Positions 1-15,093 of a stretch of 64,000 nucleotides of DNA are shown one piece after another. The DNA is taken from the NCBI RefSeq assembly GCF_009914755.1, contig NC_060926.1; one strand, 5' to 3'. This DNA comes from the human T2T-CHM13v2.0 reference genome, Homo sapiens. The stretch's first letter is position 1, and every line of letters begins with the position of its first letter. A model generated the notes under the pieces. The model was not told the DNA's origin. It ran no database searches and saw only the letters and a list, made by a program, of their open reading frames with translations. The position numbers were made by a program, and so were the translations under genes.

Positions 1-775
1 ATTGTTTGGTTTTGTTATATCTCTTCTTGAACTGTACCTGAGTGGAATATCTTTCACTTTTTTCTTTATCTGTTTGTGTCTTTACCATAAGGGATTAGAA
101 GAAACTGTTTCCTAGCAGCAATTGATTTTCTTTCAGTTGGAAGGTCACATGGTCTGACAGTCTCTTTGAAGGTAAATGCCAAGAGTAGGCAATTGCCAGT
201 CACCAATAATTAATGTCCTTGGTTATGCATATGATTTTGCAAGTTGCTTTGGGAAAAAGTATCTGTAAGTAGAAAATCTAAACACAAGGATCAATACCCT
301 GAGAAGACAGCCCTTTAAAAATGTATCCTCTGAACTCTTTCATGACAACTAAATATTAGGCAAGGCATAGGCTCTCAGATTCCTTTTTCAGGATAAAGAT
401 AATAACAGCAACTGGTCCAAAGGGATCAAAGCAGCAATTGTACAAATGGCAATGATGCCAAGGGAACTCCTCTGAGCAAGTTGATAGTGGTCCTCTGGAG
501 GCTTCCTGGGAGCAAATCATTTCCCAGGGGTGTTGTGTGACTTCTAGCACCCAGCTTGAGGAAGGTGGAAATCGACTGCTCCTGTGTTCTTTTATTATCT
601 TGTTTTCCACCCCAGTGTCCTGTTTGATCCCCTTTCTTTTTTATATGTTTTGTCTGAAACTTCCTAGGATTATATTTGAAAAGAATTTATTTTTCTTTAA
701 AAGGAGTCATATGTAGTCTGTGCCCTTTTCACCATCCACTCACCCACCCAAAGACAGAAACAAATATCAACTAAC

Positions 776-964
776 CAGTAAATGTTGAACTTGCTCAAGA
801 TCACCTTGCCATGAACTTTGTAGAAGTTGCATTTGGGGAGCCTGGATTCTATTGACTGCCAAGAGTTGTCTTTGGATATTGCAATTAGCTACATGAATTG
901 CGGTTCGATTGCTGTAATTGCAAAGGGTGATATCTACTCACTTTTCCAGAAGAAATCCAACAAC
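776..964 (-). other. MAP3K19: MAP3K19 5' exon 3 (189 nt, presumed 5'UTR; carries fossil ankyrin frame with TGA at 938-940)
   Basis: Minus-strand acceptor ttaactaagactgtgtcattttgcag|GTTG at 964/965 and donor CTG|gttag at 776/775; length divisible by 3; gene identity from known head-to-head synteny with RAB3GAP1. Confidence 0.8.
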
Positions 965-1240
965 CTGCAAAATGACACAGTCTTAGTTAAATATTTTTAA
1001 GTACCAACAGTGTCTTCAGAGCTGGGTGGAAAACTGACTTAGGCATGGCTCTGATTCATCGGGATGTGGGTAACTGCTATTTGCCCTTTTTAATTTGGGG
1101 AACAAAAATCTCCATGACATGCATGATTTTTGGATAGTCTTTTTTGCAGGGACTAGAGATCTATGAGTATTGTATGTTAAATCCACACAAAACATTGAAG
1201 TTTTATAACTGTCTATAATCAAAAATACAAAACCAAAGGG

Positions 1241-1412
1241 AGCAGGCATGGTTTTGTGTGCCTGTAATCCCAGCTACTGGGAGGTTGAGGCGGGAGGATC
1301 ACTTGAGCCCAGGAGTTCAAGGCCATCATGCACTATAATCCTACTGTGAATAGCCACTGCACTCTAACCTGGGCAACATAGCAAGATCCTGTCTCTAAAA
1401 AATACAAAAACA
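1241..1412 (+). mobile_element. Fossil Alu monomer (FAM/7SL-derived)
   Basis: Single monomer with gtgaatagccactgcactc 7SL/FAM-type segment; flanking aaaaatacaaaa(c/a)caaag direct repeats. Confidence 0.7.
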
Positions 1413-1559
1413 AAGATGATTCAGGCTTATATATCCTTGAATGTCACAAGTATTTCTGCAAGTGTTTCTAGAAAGAGAGTAAACTCTATTCAATATGGTG
1501 AGGGGACAGACTGCCCAGTTGCATGTTAAGAACTGTCCTTGGTGCTGAGACTGCACCAA

Positions 1560-2330
1560 TGAACAAGACCAGCAGCCAGCCTTTAAAGTATTTGCAGTCT
1601 AGTGAAGAACAGAGACATATTTAAAAAAAAAAAAAAAGGCAATTGCAACATGGGGTGATAAATGTAACAAGAGAAGTGAATACAGGAGGATGATGGGGGC
1701 ACTTCGACAAAATCTATTAAGATATCTTGGAGAGTCTGCGAAGACTTTTTGGAGAAAGTGATGTCTAAGCTGAGACCTGAGGAATCAGACTCAGCCAGGC
1801 AGACTGGGAGAAAGATTGTTCCAAGCAGAGGATACAGTGTGAATAAAGTACAGTGTGTACAAGAGGGCAAGTAATATTCAAAGCTTTGGAAGGAGTTAGG
1901 TATGTCTAGAGCCCAGAATAAGAAAAGGAAGAGAAGGAGATGTGGGTGGAGAAATCAGCTGTGCCTCAGTCCTGAAAGACCTGACAAACCCCTCTGAGGA
2001 GTTAGGGCTGTGTCTTCAGGGCAATAGGCAGACAGTGAAAGATTTTCCTCAGGAAAATGACATAATCAGGTCAGTGTTTTAGAAAATCACTCTGACTGCT
2101 GAAATAGATTGATGTGGGGAAGAAGGGAAGTGGGGAACCAGGGAGAGGACTACCACAGTGGCCTCATGGAGAGACGACAGCGACTGAACAAGAGAAATGG
2201 TAGTGGAGATTTAGTGGCTGAGGGCATAATCTAGGAACACTTAGGAGGTGGAATTAACAAAACATAGCCATTTATTCAATGTGGATGTTAACACTGAGCC
2301 AGAAATCAGGGATAATTCCAAGATACTGTC
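1560..2330. mobile_element. Degenerate L2 LINE fragment
   Basis: Purine-rich L2-like motifs (tctaagctgagacctga, ttttagaaaatcactctgactgc). Confidence 0.55.
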
Positions 2331-2439
2331 TTCAGTGTACTTTTATCTGTCTGCTGTACTGCCACGGCAGACCAGGCCACCATGGTCCCTTGTCTGAAGC
2401 AATGGAACAGCCTTCTCTCCATTTCAAGTGCTTCTGCAT

Positions 2440-3034
<595 letters not shown>

Positions 3035-3044
3035 AAAATGTTGT

Positions 3045-5400
3045 TTGTTTTTTTTTTAATTTAATTTAATTTTATTTTATTTATTTATTTTTTTTAATTG
3101 ATCATTCTTGGGTGTTTCTCGCAGAGGGGGAGTTGGCAGGGTCATAGGACAATAGTGGAGGGAAGGTCAGCAGATAAACAAGTGAACAAAGGTCTCTGGT
3201 TTTCCTAGGCAGAGGACCCTGCAGCCTTCCGCAGTGTTTGTGTCCCTGGGTACTTGAGATTAGGGAGTGGTGATGATTCTTAACGAGCATGCTGCCTTCA
3301 AGCATCTGTTTAACAAAGCACATCTTGCACCGCCCTTAATCCATTTAACCCTGAGTGGACACAGCACATGTTTCAGAGAGCACAGGGTTGGGGGTAAGGT
3401 CACGGATCAACAGGATCCCAAGGCAGAAGAATTTTTCTTGGTACAGAACAGAATGAAAAGTCTCCCATGTCTACTTCTTTCTACACAGACACGGCAACCA
3501 TCCGATTTCCCAATCTTTTCCCCACCTTTCCCCCCTTTCTATTCCACAAAACCGCCATTGTCATCATGGCCCGTTCTCAATGAGCTGTTGGGTACACCTC
3601 CCAGACGGGGTGGTGGCCGGGCAGAGGGGCTCCTCACATCCCAGTAGGGGCGGCCGGGCAGAGGCGCCCCTCATCTCCCAGACGAGGCGGCTGGCCGGGC
3701 GGGGGGCTGACCCCCCCACCTCCCTCCCAGACAGGGCGGCTGGCCGGGCAGAGGGGCTCCTCACCTCCCAGTAGGAGCGGCTGGGCAGAGGCGCCCCTCA
3801 CCTCCCGGACGGGGCAGCTGGCCGGGTGGGGGGCTGACCCCCCCCACTGCCCTCCCGGACGGGGCGGCTGGCCGGGCAGAGGGGATCCTCACTTCCCAGT
3901 AGGGGCGGTCGGGCAGAGGCGCCCCCCACCCCCCGGACGGGGCGGCTGGCCGGGCAGAGGGGCTCCTCACTTCCCAGTAGGGGCAGCCGGGCAGAGGCGC
4001 CCCTCACCTCCCGGACGGGGCGGCTGGCCGGGCGGGGGGCTGACCCCCCCACCGCCCTCCCAGACGGGGCGGCTGGCCGGGCAGAGGGGCTCCCCACCTC
4101 CCAGCAGGGGTGGCTGGGCAGAGGCGCCCCCCACCCCCCGGACGGGGCGGCCGGCCGGGGGGGCTAACCCCCCCCACCTCCCTCCCGGACGGGGTGGCTG
4201 GCCGGGCAGAGGGGCTCCTCACTTCCCAGTAGGGGTGGCCGGGCAGAGGCGCCCCTCACCTCCCGGACGGGGTGGCTGGCCGGGCGGGGTCTGACCCCCC
4301 CACCTCCCTCCCGGACGGGGTGGCTGGCCTGGCGGGGGCTGACCCCCACCTCCCTCCCGGACGGGGTGGCTGCCGGGCGGAGACGCTCCTCACTTCCCAG
4401 ACAGGGTGGCTGCCGGGCGTAGGGGCTCCTCACTTCTCAGACGGGGCGGCTGCCGGGCGGAGGGGCTCCTCACTTCTCAGACGGGGCAGTTGCCAGGCGG
4501 AGGGTCTCCTCACTTCTCAGATGGGGCGGCCGGGCAGAGATGCTCCTCACCTCCCAGACGGGGTCGCGGCCGGATGCTCTCACATCCCAGACGGGGCCGC
4601 GGGGCAGAGGCGCTCCCCACATCTCAGGCGATGGGCGGCCGGGCAGAGACGCTCCTTACTTCCTAGATGGGATGGTGGCCGGGAAGAGGTGCTCCTCACT
4701 TCCTAGATGGGATGGCGGCCGGGCAGAGACGCCCCTCACTTCCCAGACGGGATGGCGGCCGGGAAGAGGCACTCCTCACTTTCCAGACTGGGCAGCCAGG
4801 CAGAGGGGCTCCTCACGTCCCAGACGATGGGTGGCCAGGCAGAGATGCTCCTCACTTCCCAGAAGGGGTGGCGGCCGGGCAGAGGCTGCAATCTCGGCAC
4901 TTTGGGAGGCCAAGGCAGGCGGCTGGGAGGTGGAGGTTGTAGCGAGCCGAGATCACGCCACTGCACTCCAGCCTGGGCACCATTGAGCACTGAGTGAACC
5001 AGACTCCGTCTGCAATCCCGGCACCTCGGGAGGCCGAGGCTGGCGGATCACTCGCGGTTAGGAGCTGGAGACCAGCCCGGCCAACACAGCGAAACCCCGT
5101 CTCCACCAAAAAAGTAAGAAAACCAGTCAGGCGTGGTGGCGCGCTACAGGCACTGGGCAGGCTGAGGCAGGAGAATCAGGCAGGGAGGTTGCAGTGAGCC
5201 GAGATGGCAGCAGTACAGTCCAGCTTCGGCTGGGCATCAGAGGGAGACCGTGGAAAGAGAGGGAGGGGGAGACCGTGGGCTGTGGGGAGAGGGGGAGGGG
5301 GAGGGGGAGGGGGAGGGGGAGGGGGAGAGGGAGAGGGAGAGGGAGAGCCAAACCCTATTTCTTGAGGGAAGCAAACCTATTATCTTTAGCCTAAAATCCC
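3045..5400 (-). mobile_element. Full-length SVA retrotransposon (probably SVA_D): hexamer 5284-5347, Alu-like ~4886-5280, VNTR ~3591-4885, SINE-R ~3100-3590, patterned poly(A)
   Basis: All SVA domains recognisable; TSD aaaatgttgt at 3035-3044 and 5401-5410. Confidence 0.97.
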
Positions 5401-5577
5401 AAAATGTTGTATATCAAGAAAATGTGATATTATTTGGTTATAAAAATAAAGTATTGACACATGCTACAACATGAATGAACCTTGAAAACATTATGCTAAG
5501 TGAAAGAAGCCAATCACAGGAGACCACATACTATATGATTCCATTCATATGAAAATCCCAAATAAGAAAAGTTACAG

Positions 5578-5898
5578 AGGCCAAGCACGGTGGCTCACAC
5601 CTGTAATCCCAGCACTTTGGGAGGCCGAAGCAGGTGGATCACTTTAGCTCAGGAGTTCAAGACCAGCCTGGGCAACTTGGTGAAACCCTGTCTCTACAAA
5701 AAATACAAAAATTAGCTGGGCATGATGGCACATGCCTGTAGTCCCAGCTACCTGGGAGGCTGAGGCAGGAGGATCACCTCAGCCCAGGAGGTAGGGCCTG
5801 CAGTGAGCTGTGATCGTGCTACTGCACTCCAGCCTGGGCAACAGAGTGAGATCCTGTCTCAAAACAAACAAACAGACAAACAAAAAACAATAAAAAAG
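5578..5898 (+). mobile_element. Alu (J/S) inserted in L1M
   Basis: Dimeric Alu with A-rich tail. Confidence 0.9.
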
Positions 5899-6126
5899 GA
5901 ACAGCTATACAAACAGAAAGTAGGTAAGTGGCTGCTTAGGGCTGGGGTGGGAGTTGGGAAGAAAGGATATAGAGTGATAGCTAAAGGATATCGGGTTTCT
6001 TTTTATCTTCTTTTTCTGGGGATGAAGTTCTTTTTGAGATGATAGGTGCTCTAAAATCAATTGTGAGGATTGCACATTAATATGAATATACAAAAAAACA
6101 TGGAAGTGGCCACTTTAAGTAAGTAA

Positions 6127-6600
<474 letters not shown>

Positions 6601-7099
6601 AGATTTTTTTTTTCCTAACCAAGGCCTTTGTCTTTGCTGTTCCCTCTACCCCAATTGCCCTTCGTTTATGTCTTAGCATAAATACAACCACATCATTAAG
6701 GATTTCTTGACCACTTTCTCAAAAGACAAGCCACTCTATTGGTTACTTCAAAGTACTAATAACAATTTGTAATTTATTGAAGTGCTTCTTGTTTCCTTAT
6801 TTGTTGTGTTTCACCTTCATTCAAATGTAAGTCCCCAAGAGCAAGAGATCTTATCACATGAATAAATATTTTATGAATGAGTGAATGAGTAGTTTAAGAT
6901 AAATAGATAATGATGCCTTAATTTAATTCAATTTCAAATAATTAAATGTTTATTTGATTTCATAAGATGGGTAACACTGATGCTGGTGTCCCTCAGGAGG
7001 GTAAGGTTTGGGAAGAAAGATGATGAAGATAATTTTGGACATGTTATGTTTGGGATGTCTGTAATATACAAGTGGAAATATTTAGTTGGAGTTCAACAT

Positions 7100-7101
<2 letters not shown>

Positions 7102-7143
<42 letters not shown>
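7102..7143. repeat. (TG)n microsatellite
   Basis: About 21 perfect TG units. Confidence 0.98.
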
Positions 7144-7144
<1 letters not shown>

Positions 7145-7423
7145 TATGTGCTTGAGAATCAGGGGCCATCCTCACATGATTGAAGGACACCAACATTTAA
7201 GGGATGAGAAGAAACAACCCATAAAGGGGACTGGATAGAAGTTGCCAGAGAGGTAAGAAGAAAAACCAGGAGGAGGTCAAGGAAGAAAATACTTGAAGAA
7301 AAATTGGAGTCCAATGGTGCTAAGAGGTAGAAGCGGCAAAGGACATTGTAGGGAACATTGGCAAGAGCAGTTTCAATGGAGTAGTAGAGGAAGATGTCAG
7401 ACTGCAGTAGTTTGAAGAGGTAA

Positions 7424-7755
<332 letters not shown>

Positions 7756-8029
7756 TTTTTGACAGCAGACCCGGATGGTTTATGTGATTTGTTCAGCTGA
7801 ATGGATTCAGGACTTTGCGCAGCATTGTTGAGGTGAGTACTGTAGACTGGCCTCCTCCTGCTGCTTGGAGTTCTGTTGACAGTAGCTTTCATTGAATGTT
7901 ATATGAGACAAATTGATGAATTTGGTCCCAGACTCTGTTGGTGAGATTAATCAGAGTGGCCAAGAGAGTGATGAAATAATGAGAAAGTTAATCAGATGCC
8001 AAGATAGTGTAGAAATGAGGGGTGGACAT

Positions 8030-8491
8030 TGTTAGGAGGCATGTCTCCATGGGTCTCTTACATTTCTGCAGGTCTTGTGAGCAAAAGTGCCAAGTGTCTT
8101 TATTCCATGCAAACTTTTCAAGCTTATTTGTATAGTGAATGGCCTTGGAAGATAGAAATAGTGTCTCCTTCTGCAGCAAAGAGTAGCTTTGCTCACTGCA
8201 CATTGTAAATTATTAGGGGTCTCTAAGTTGAGGGTTCCTCTGCTGTCATGCAACTCACTGCATGTTCAGGGGTCACCTGGTCCTCTTCCTATCACTCAGT
8301 GGGAATTAGGGCTTAGGGAACTAACACAAAACTGCTAAAATTCTGACTAATGCTATTGTTATGAATAAACACACTGCCCTTTTTCTCTGATCCAGTAGTT
8401 GTTTCTTCTGCTAGGAATCCAAGCAATTCTGGCACGCTAACTCATTAGCTGCGAGTAGGGTAAAATCCCAGATCCTTCATAGTTCTTGAGA
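8030..8491 (+). mobile_element. Solo LTR, ERVL class (LTR40-like)
   Basis: tgttaggaggcatgtctccatgggtctc...gggtaaaatcccagatccttcatagttcttgaga; 5-bp TSD gacat/gatgt. Confidence 0.7.
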
Positions 8492-8723
8492 GATGTCTGC
8501 GAGTGAAAGGGCCTGAGAGAGGAAAGGAAGTGGTTGCAGGAGGACATGGGATCAGGGGAGGTGTTTGCTTCTTTATGGGCTGGCAGAAGGCACTTATCTA
8601 AGCATTTTTAAATGCTGATGGAAAGAAGCATCATTGTTTGTAATGACAAGAATCTGGAGACCACCCAGATGTCCACCAGAGTAGGATAGGGAGATAAATT
8701 GTGTAGGCAGATAAATTGTGGCA

Positions 8724-8811
8724 TATATATACATATGTGTATGTATATATTTGTATGTATATATTTATGTATGTATGTATATATGTATGTATATATGTGT
8801 ATGTATATATT
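8724..8811. repeat. (TATG/TA)n low-complexity repeat
   Basis: Direct inspection. Confidence 0.9.
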
Positions 8812-9036
8812 TAAGCTCTTTTTCCAGACCTCAAGCAATCCTCCCACCTCAGCCTCCCAAAGTGCTGGGATTACAGGCCTGAGCCACCATGACCAGCCAT
8901 GTTCCTGCATAACTTGCTGCTTCTGTTCATTATCATGTTTTTGGGATTCCTCCATTTTGAAACATGAAGTGTAGCTACAGTTTTTCATTTTTAGTGCTAT
9001 CTAGTGTTCCATTAGATAAAAATATATGCCACAATA

Positions 9037-10070
<1,034 letters not shown>

Positions 10071-10823
10071 AAGTCCCAAGAACTTATAGAGGCATCAACT
10101 TGTGCAGTTGAGTAAAATTTGTCTTTTCCAGCCTAGTTTCCCTATTCTTGCCCTTTCTATTCATGAAGCCTCCCTCTTTGCTGCCTCTCCCCAACTCTAC
10201 ATGCTCATATTGTTGCCACTTTTACCTGAATGCTTAAACAGAACTTTAGAAGTTATGGCACACAATGATATAACTGATGAATAAGACCCAAATGGGTTAC
10301 TTTTTCATTAATGTCTCCATTTAATAAATATTTATTAACCCCTGGCTGGGTCAGGCTCTCTGCTGGTAGCTGGAGATACAGCTAGAACAAAGAGGACAAA
10401 GTCTGCTGCCCTTTTAAGCCTTATTATTCACGTATTTACCCCTGTTTCCCTACTTCCAGGTTTACGTGCATTTGTTAGAGCAAAGCATAAATTTCCAGGT
10501 ACTGATGGAGTTGAGGGTCCATCATGTGGCGCCATTAGACCATTAGCTCCTCGGGGGTGGCATCTGTGTTTGATTCACATCCAGATCCACCATAAAATCT
10601 AGTGATCACCTTGGATATAGCAGGAATATTTGTGGACCGAGTGAGGAAATGAATAGAGATGGTTCCTATCTAGATTTACAGTATCCACCTCCCCATACCC
10701 CACTTTGTGTCTTCAGACATTCTTTCATGGCAATGGGTGATATCACTATTCACAAATATCTCACTCTCAGAATCCTTAGTTTGGAAGACTTTTTATCCTT
10801 GAGCCCAGCATGCCACATGTTAC

Positions 10824-10963
10824 CTCTGTTAGATTTTCCTCTGCTGCAGTAATGAGAGGCGTATTCCACGTCTCTGGGTGCTGAAAGTCAAGGTTTCCGA
10901 GGATGGATTGGACTTCGGTAATATAGTCACAGATGAGTTCCACATCACCTCTTGAAACCACTT
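10824..10963 (-). other. MAP3K19: MAP3K19 5' exon 2 (140 nt; possible longer form from 11019 that includes the ATG at 10997)
   Basis: Acceptor ctgattcattatttcctag|AAG at 10963/10964; donor GAG|gtaac at 10824/10823; overlaps ORF 10776-10997 with ankyrin-like NTPLITAA. Confidence 0.8.
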
Positions 10964-11799
10964 CTAGGAAATAATGAATCAGTTTATTTTTATTCATCTT
11001 GCTAGTTCCACATGATTGCCTTGAAAAGGAACGATTTAATTATATGAGAGCCAGCAAAGCTGTGAGTGGTTCAAATGTAACATATTCTGCCTTTACTGCC
11101 ACCTGTTTCCTTCTTTTATGTATAAAATTCTTATAACAGTTTTAAAGACAATTTTGAAAATAGGGGGAAATGCCGCAATACCACCAGGCTTGGTTCTTTG
11201 TGTACATGCTGAATTAGGAAGAATAATAATTTCACCATTATTTTGGAAGATCTGCTGTGGTAGAGGAGAAGAGAGGATGTATCCACAGTAGAATGGAAAC
11301 AGCACAAGCTTGGAGCCCAGTAGAACCTGGATTTAAATTCCTTCTCCACAGATTACCAACTGTGTGACCACGACCATATGGCTTATCTCTGGGCTGCATT
11401 TACTTATCTCTAAAATGGAAATGATTGTCCCCTCTTCAGAAGGTTGGTAAGGATCTGAAATATGATCTACAGAGGGTTGGCACATTCTACAGGTGAAAAT
11501 TCTTGTTGGTTTTTTTTTTTAGCTTGTTTATTAACCACCTTATACGTATTTCCTTTCTGAAAGTCCTAGCTTCCCAACAATACTATAAGCTCCTCAATAG
11601 CAGGGACATTACATGACTTATCCTTTTGTCTCCTCTGTGATTCTAGCACAGTGGGAATCATTAAGGAGCACAGTGCCCACTGTTCTGGATTTTCCGGAAA
11701 GCCCTAATTTTAAATAACTCATATCAGTTTTCCAAATCATTGAAATATCTCAAATTGCAATTTTGGAGGTCACCGAACTACCCTCTCCTGCATGGAACC

Positions 11800-12105
<306 letters not shown>

Positions 12106-12614
12106 TAGTAACAGCACGACATCCTTTGTCAGGCTCTATACTCCAACTTCTGCTTCTGACACTACAGTCACTGTATGTAGCCACATGCTATTGATTCGAT
12201 GTGCAATTTCCTTGCTATAATCTGGCATGAGATTGAAAGCAAAAGAACAAGAGGCTCATTTCATAGTATAAGTTTGTGGAGGATAGCTAAGAAAAACAAA
12301 CAAGAAAAAGTCTAGATTTGCTCTTTAATGTTCTAAACACACAAATACCTTCAGAATTCATGGGCCAGACTACGTGAACATGTACAGAAACACAGAGAAC
12401 ATGTGTTCTGTTCTAGAAATAGTACTCTAGAACATGTACTATTTCACTCTAGAAATAGTACTAGCCCATGAATTCAGCCATTCATTAGGAAGATGCTATA
12501 TGCCCTTCAGCAGCTTTCATTGACCAGTCCCAATAAACATAACACAAAATAGGTTAGATAAAATACAAGAAAGAACACACGTGATTAAGTGTCCATGTAA
12601 ACATCAGATAATGA

Positions 12615-13090
<476 letters not shown>

Positions 13091-13260
13091 CTATCTGGGG
13101 CCGAGGAGGAGAGAGTAAAACCAGATGGGAATTTACCCTGGATTCCCCAACACATCGGGAAGCCCATGGAGAGCTTTCAGCAGTGCGTTTTAGGAACATT
13201 GGTACTTTAGTAAGATTATTATGATGCAGAGGAAAAAGGCAGAAACAAAAATTTGAATGT

Positions 13261-13562
13261 GGCTGGGCATGGTGGCTCACGCCTGTAATCCCAGCACTTT
13301 GGGAGGCCGAGGGGAGGGGATCACCTGAGTTCGGGAGTTCAAGACCAGCTGGGCCAACATGGTGAAGCCTTGTCTCTACTAAAAAATACAAACATTACCC
13401 GGGTGTGGTGGCGCGCACCTGTAATCCCAGCTACTCAGGAGGCAGAGGCAGAAGAATCACTTGAACCCAGGAGGCACAGGTTGCAGTGAGCCGAGATCAA
13501 ACCACTGCGCTCCAGCCTGGGCAACAGAGCGAGACTCCATCTCAAAAAACAATAACAACAAC
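13261..13562 (+). mobile_element. AluSx-type
   Basis: Dimeric Alu; TSD aaaatttgaatgt. Confidence 0.9.
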
Positions 13563-13899
13563 AAAATTTGAATGTGAGGGTTCACAGGATTTGTGACTGA
13601 TTGACCATAGACAATGAAAAGGTCCAAGAGGTTGGGGTCCAGGAACTAAGGGAGGACCCACTACTGGGCAGGTGATTCCTTTTACAGAAAGACAATAGAT
13701 GAGGTCAGCAGCAGAGCCAGTATGTAAACAAGTGTGTGTGGTTGGTGTTCTTGGCTTTCAAAGAAATGGTGGCCTTAGCTCAGTGCAGTTTCCTGAACTT
13801 GCTTGAACATAAACATTTCCTTGTTATAAAGATTCCAAGTTTCCTTTAGTAGATCTGGGATGAGCCTGGCGACTCTCTTTCTTTGAAAGAGATTTTTAA

Positions 13900-14270
13900 T
13901 AGACTTTTAAAAATTGACTTTATTACTTAGAGCAGTTTTAAGTTTTTTATGCAAAATTGGGCAGAAAGTACAGAATATTCCCTCTCCACTGCCCCCTACT
14001 GGCCTCGCCATCAACAGCCTGCACCAGAGTAGTACATTTGTTAACAATAGATGAACTTACAAACAGTATTATCACCCAAAGTCCATAGTGTAAATTAGGG
14101 TTCACTCTTGGTGTTGTACATTCTATGGGTTAGGACAAAGGTATAATGACATGCATCCACCATTTTAGAAGGTACAGAATAGTTCCATGGCCCTAAAACT
14201 CCCCTGTGTTCTGCCCATTCATTCCTCCCTCCTCACTAACCCTGGGCAACTGGTGATCTTTTTATTTCTC
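13900..14270 (-). mobile_element. L1MC-type 3' UTR fragment
   Basis: cacccaaagtccatagt...agggttcactcttggtgttgtacattctatggg motif. Confidence 0.7.
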
Positions 14271-14726
14271 TGGGAGGCTCCCAATCAGTTGCCACATTAA
14301 AAGGCAACTTCTAGAAACACAGATCTTGTGATTAGAATTGAATCCACAATCTTTCTTGCAATCCACTTTGTTTTCTAATTGACATTTATCATTACTACCT
14401 GTTACTCCTTTTGATTTAAACTTGCTAGAATAGATATTAGTTTCCCCTTCAAATTTCTAGCAGAATACTTTGAAATAGTGAATGAATTCCTCAAGTCTTT
14501 ATCTACCTTTGTTCAAAGTGAAGTTACATAATAATAACAATAATACAACAACAGCAATCATGCCCAACATTTATTGAATGCTTGCTACGTGTCATATGCT
14601 TTTCTAAATGGTTTACAGGTGTTTGTTCTATTTAATTCCAAATAACACCATCAGAACAGTTGTATTATTATCCCTATTCTATAGATGAGGAAAATGAAGC
14701 ACAGACATTGGCAAAATGGTATCTCA

Positions 14727-15093
<367 letters not shown>

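Noticed and set aside
356-610. 84-aa minus-strand ORF next to the fossil exon
   Set aside because: It lies beyond the exon 3 donor (intronic) and shows no recognisable motif.
935-943. Stop-codon readthrough or selenocysteine at the ankyrin TGA
   Set aside because: The context is TGA-GTA-G, not the TGA-CTAG readthrough motif; the position calls for Gly, and no SECIS can be assessed here.
3102-5474. Many overlapping GC-rich ORFs and a regularly repeating array
   Set aside because: These are the SVA VNTR, Alu-like and hexamer domains; the units have no unique spacers, so this is neither CRISPR nor protein-coding.
12396-12409. AGAACA-TG-TGTTCT resembling a glucocorticoid/androgen response element
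   Set aside because: The spacer is 2 nt rather than 3, and it is better explained as part of the local repeat scar.
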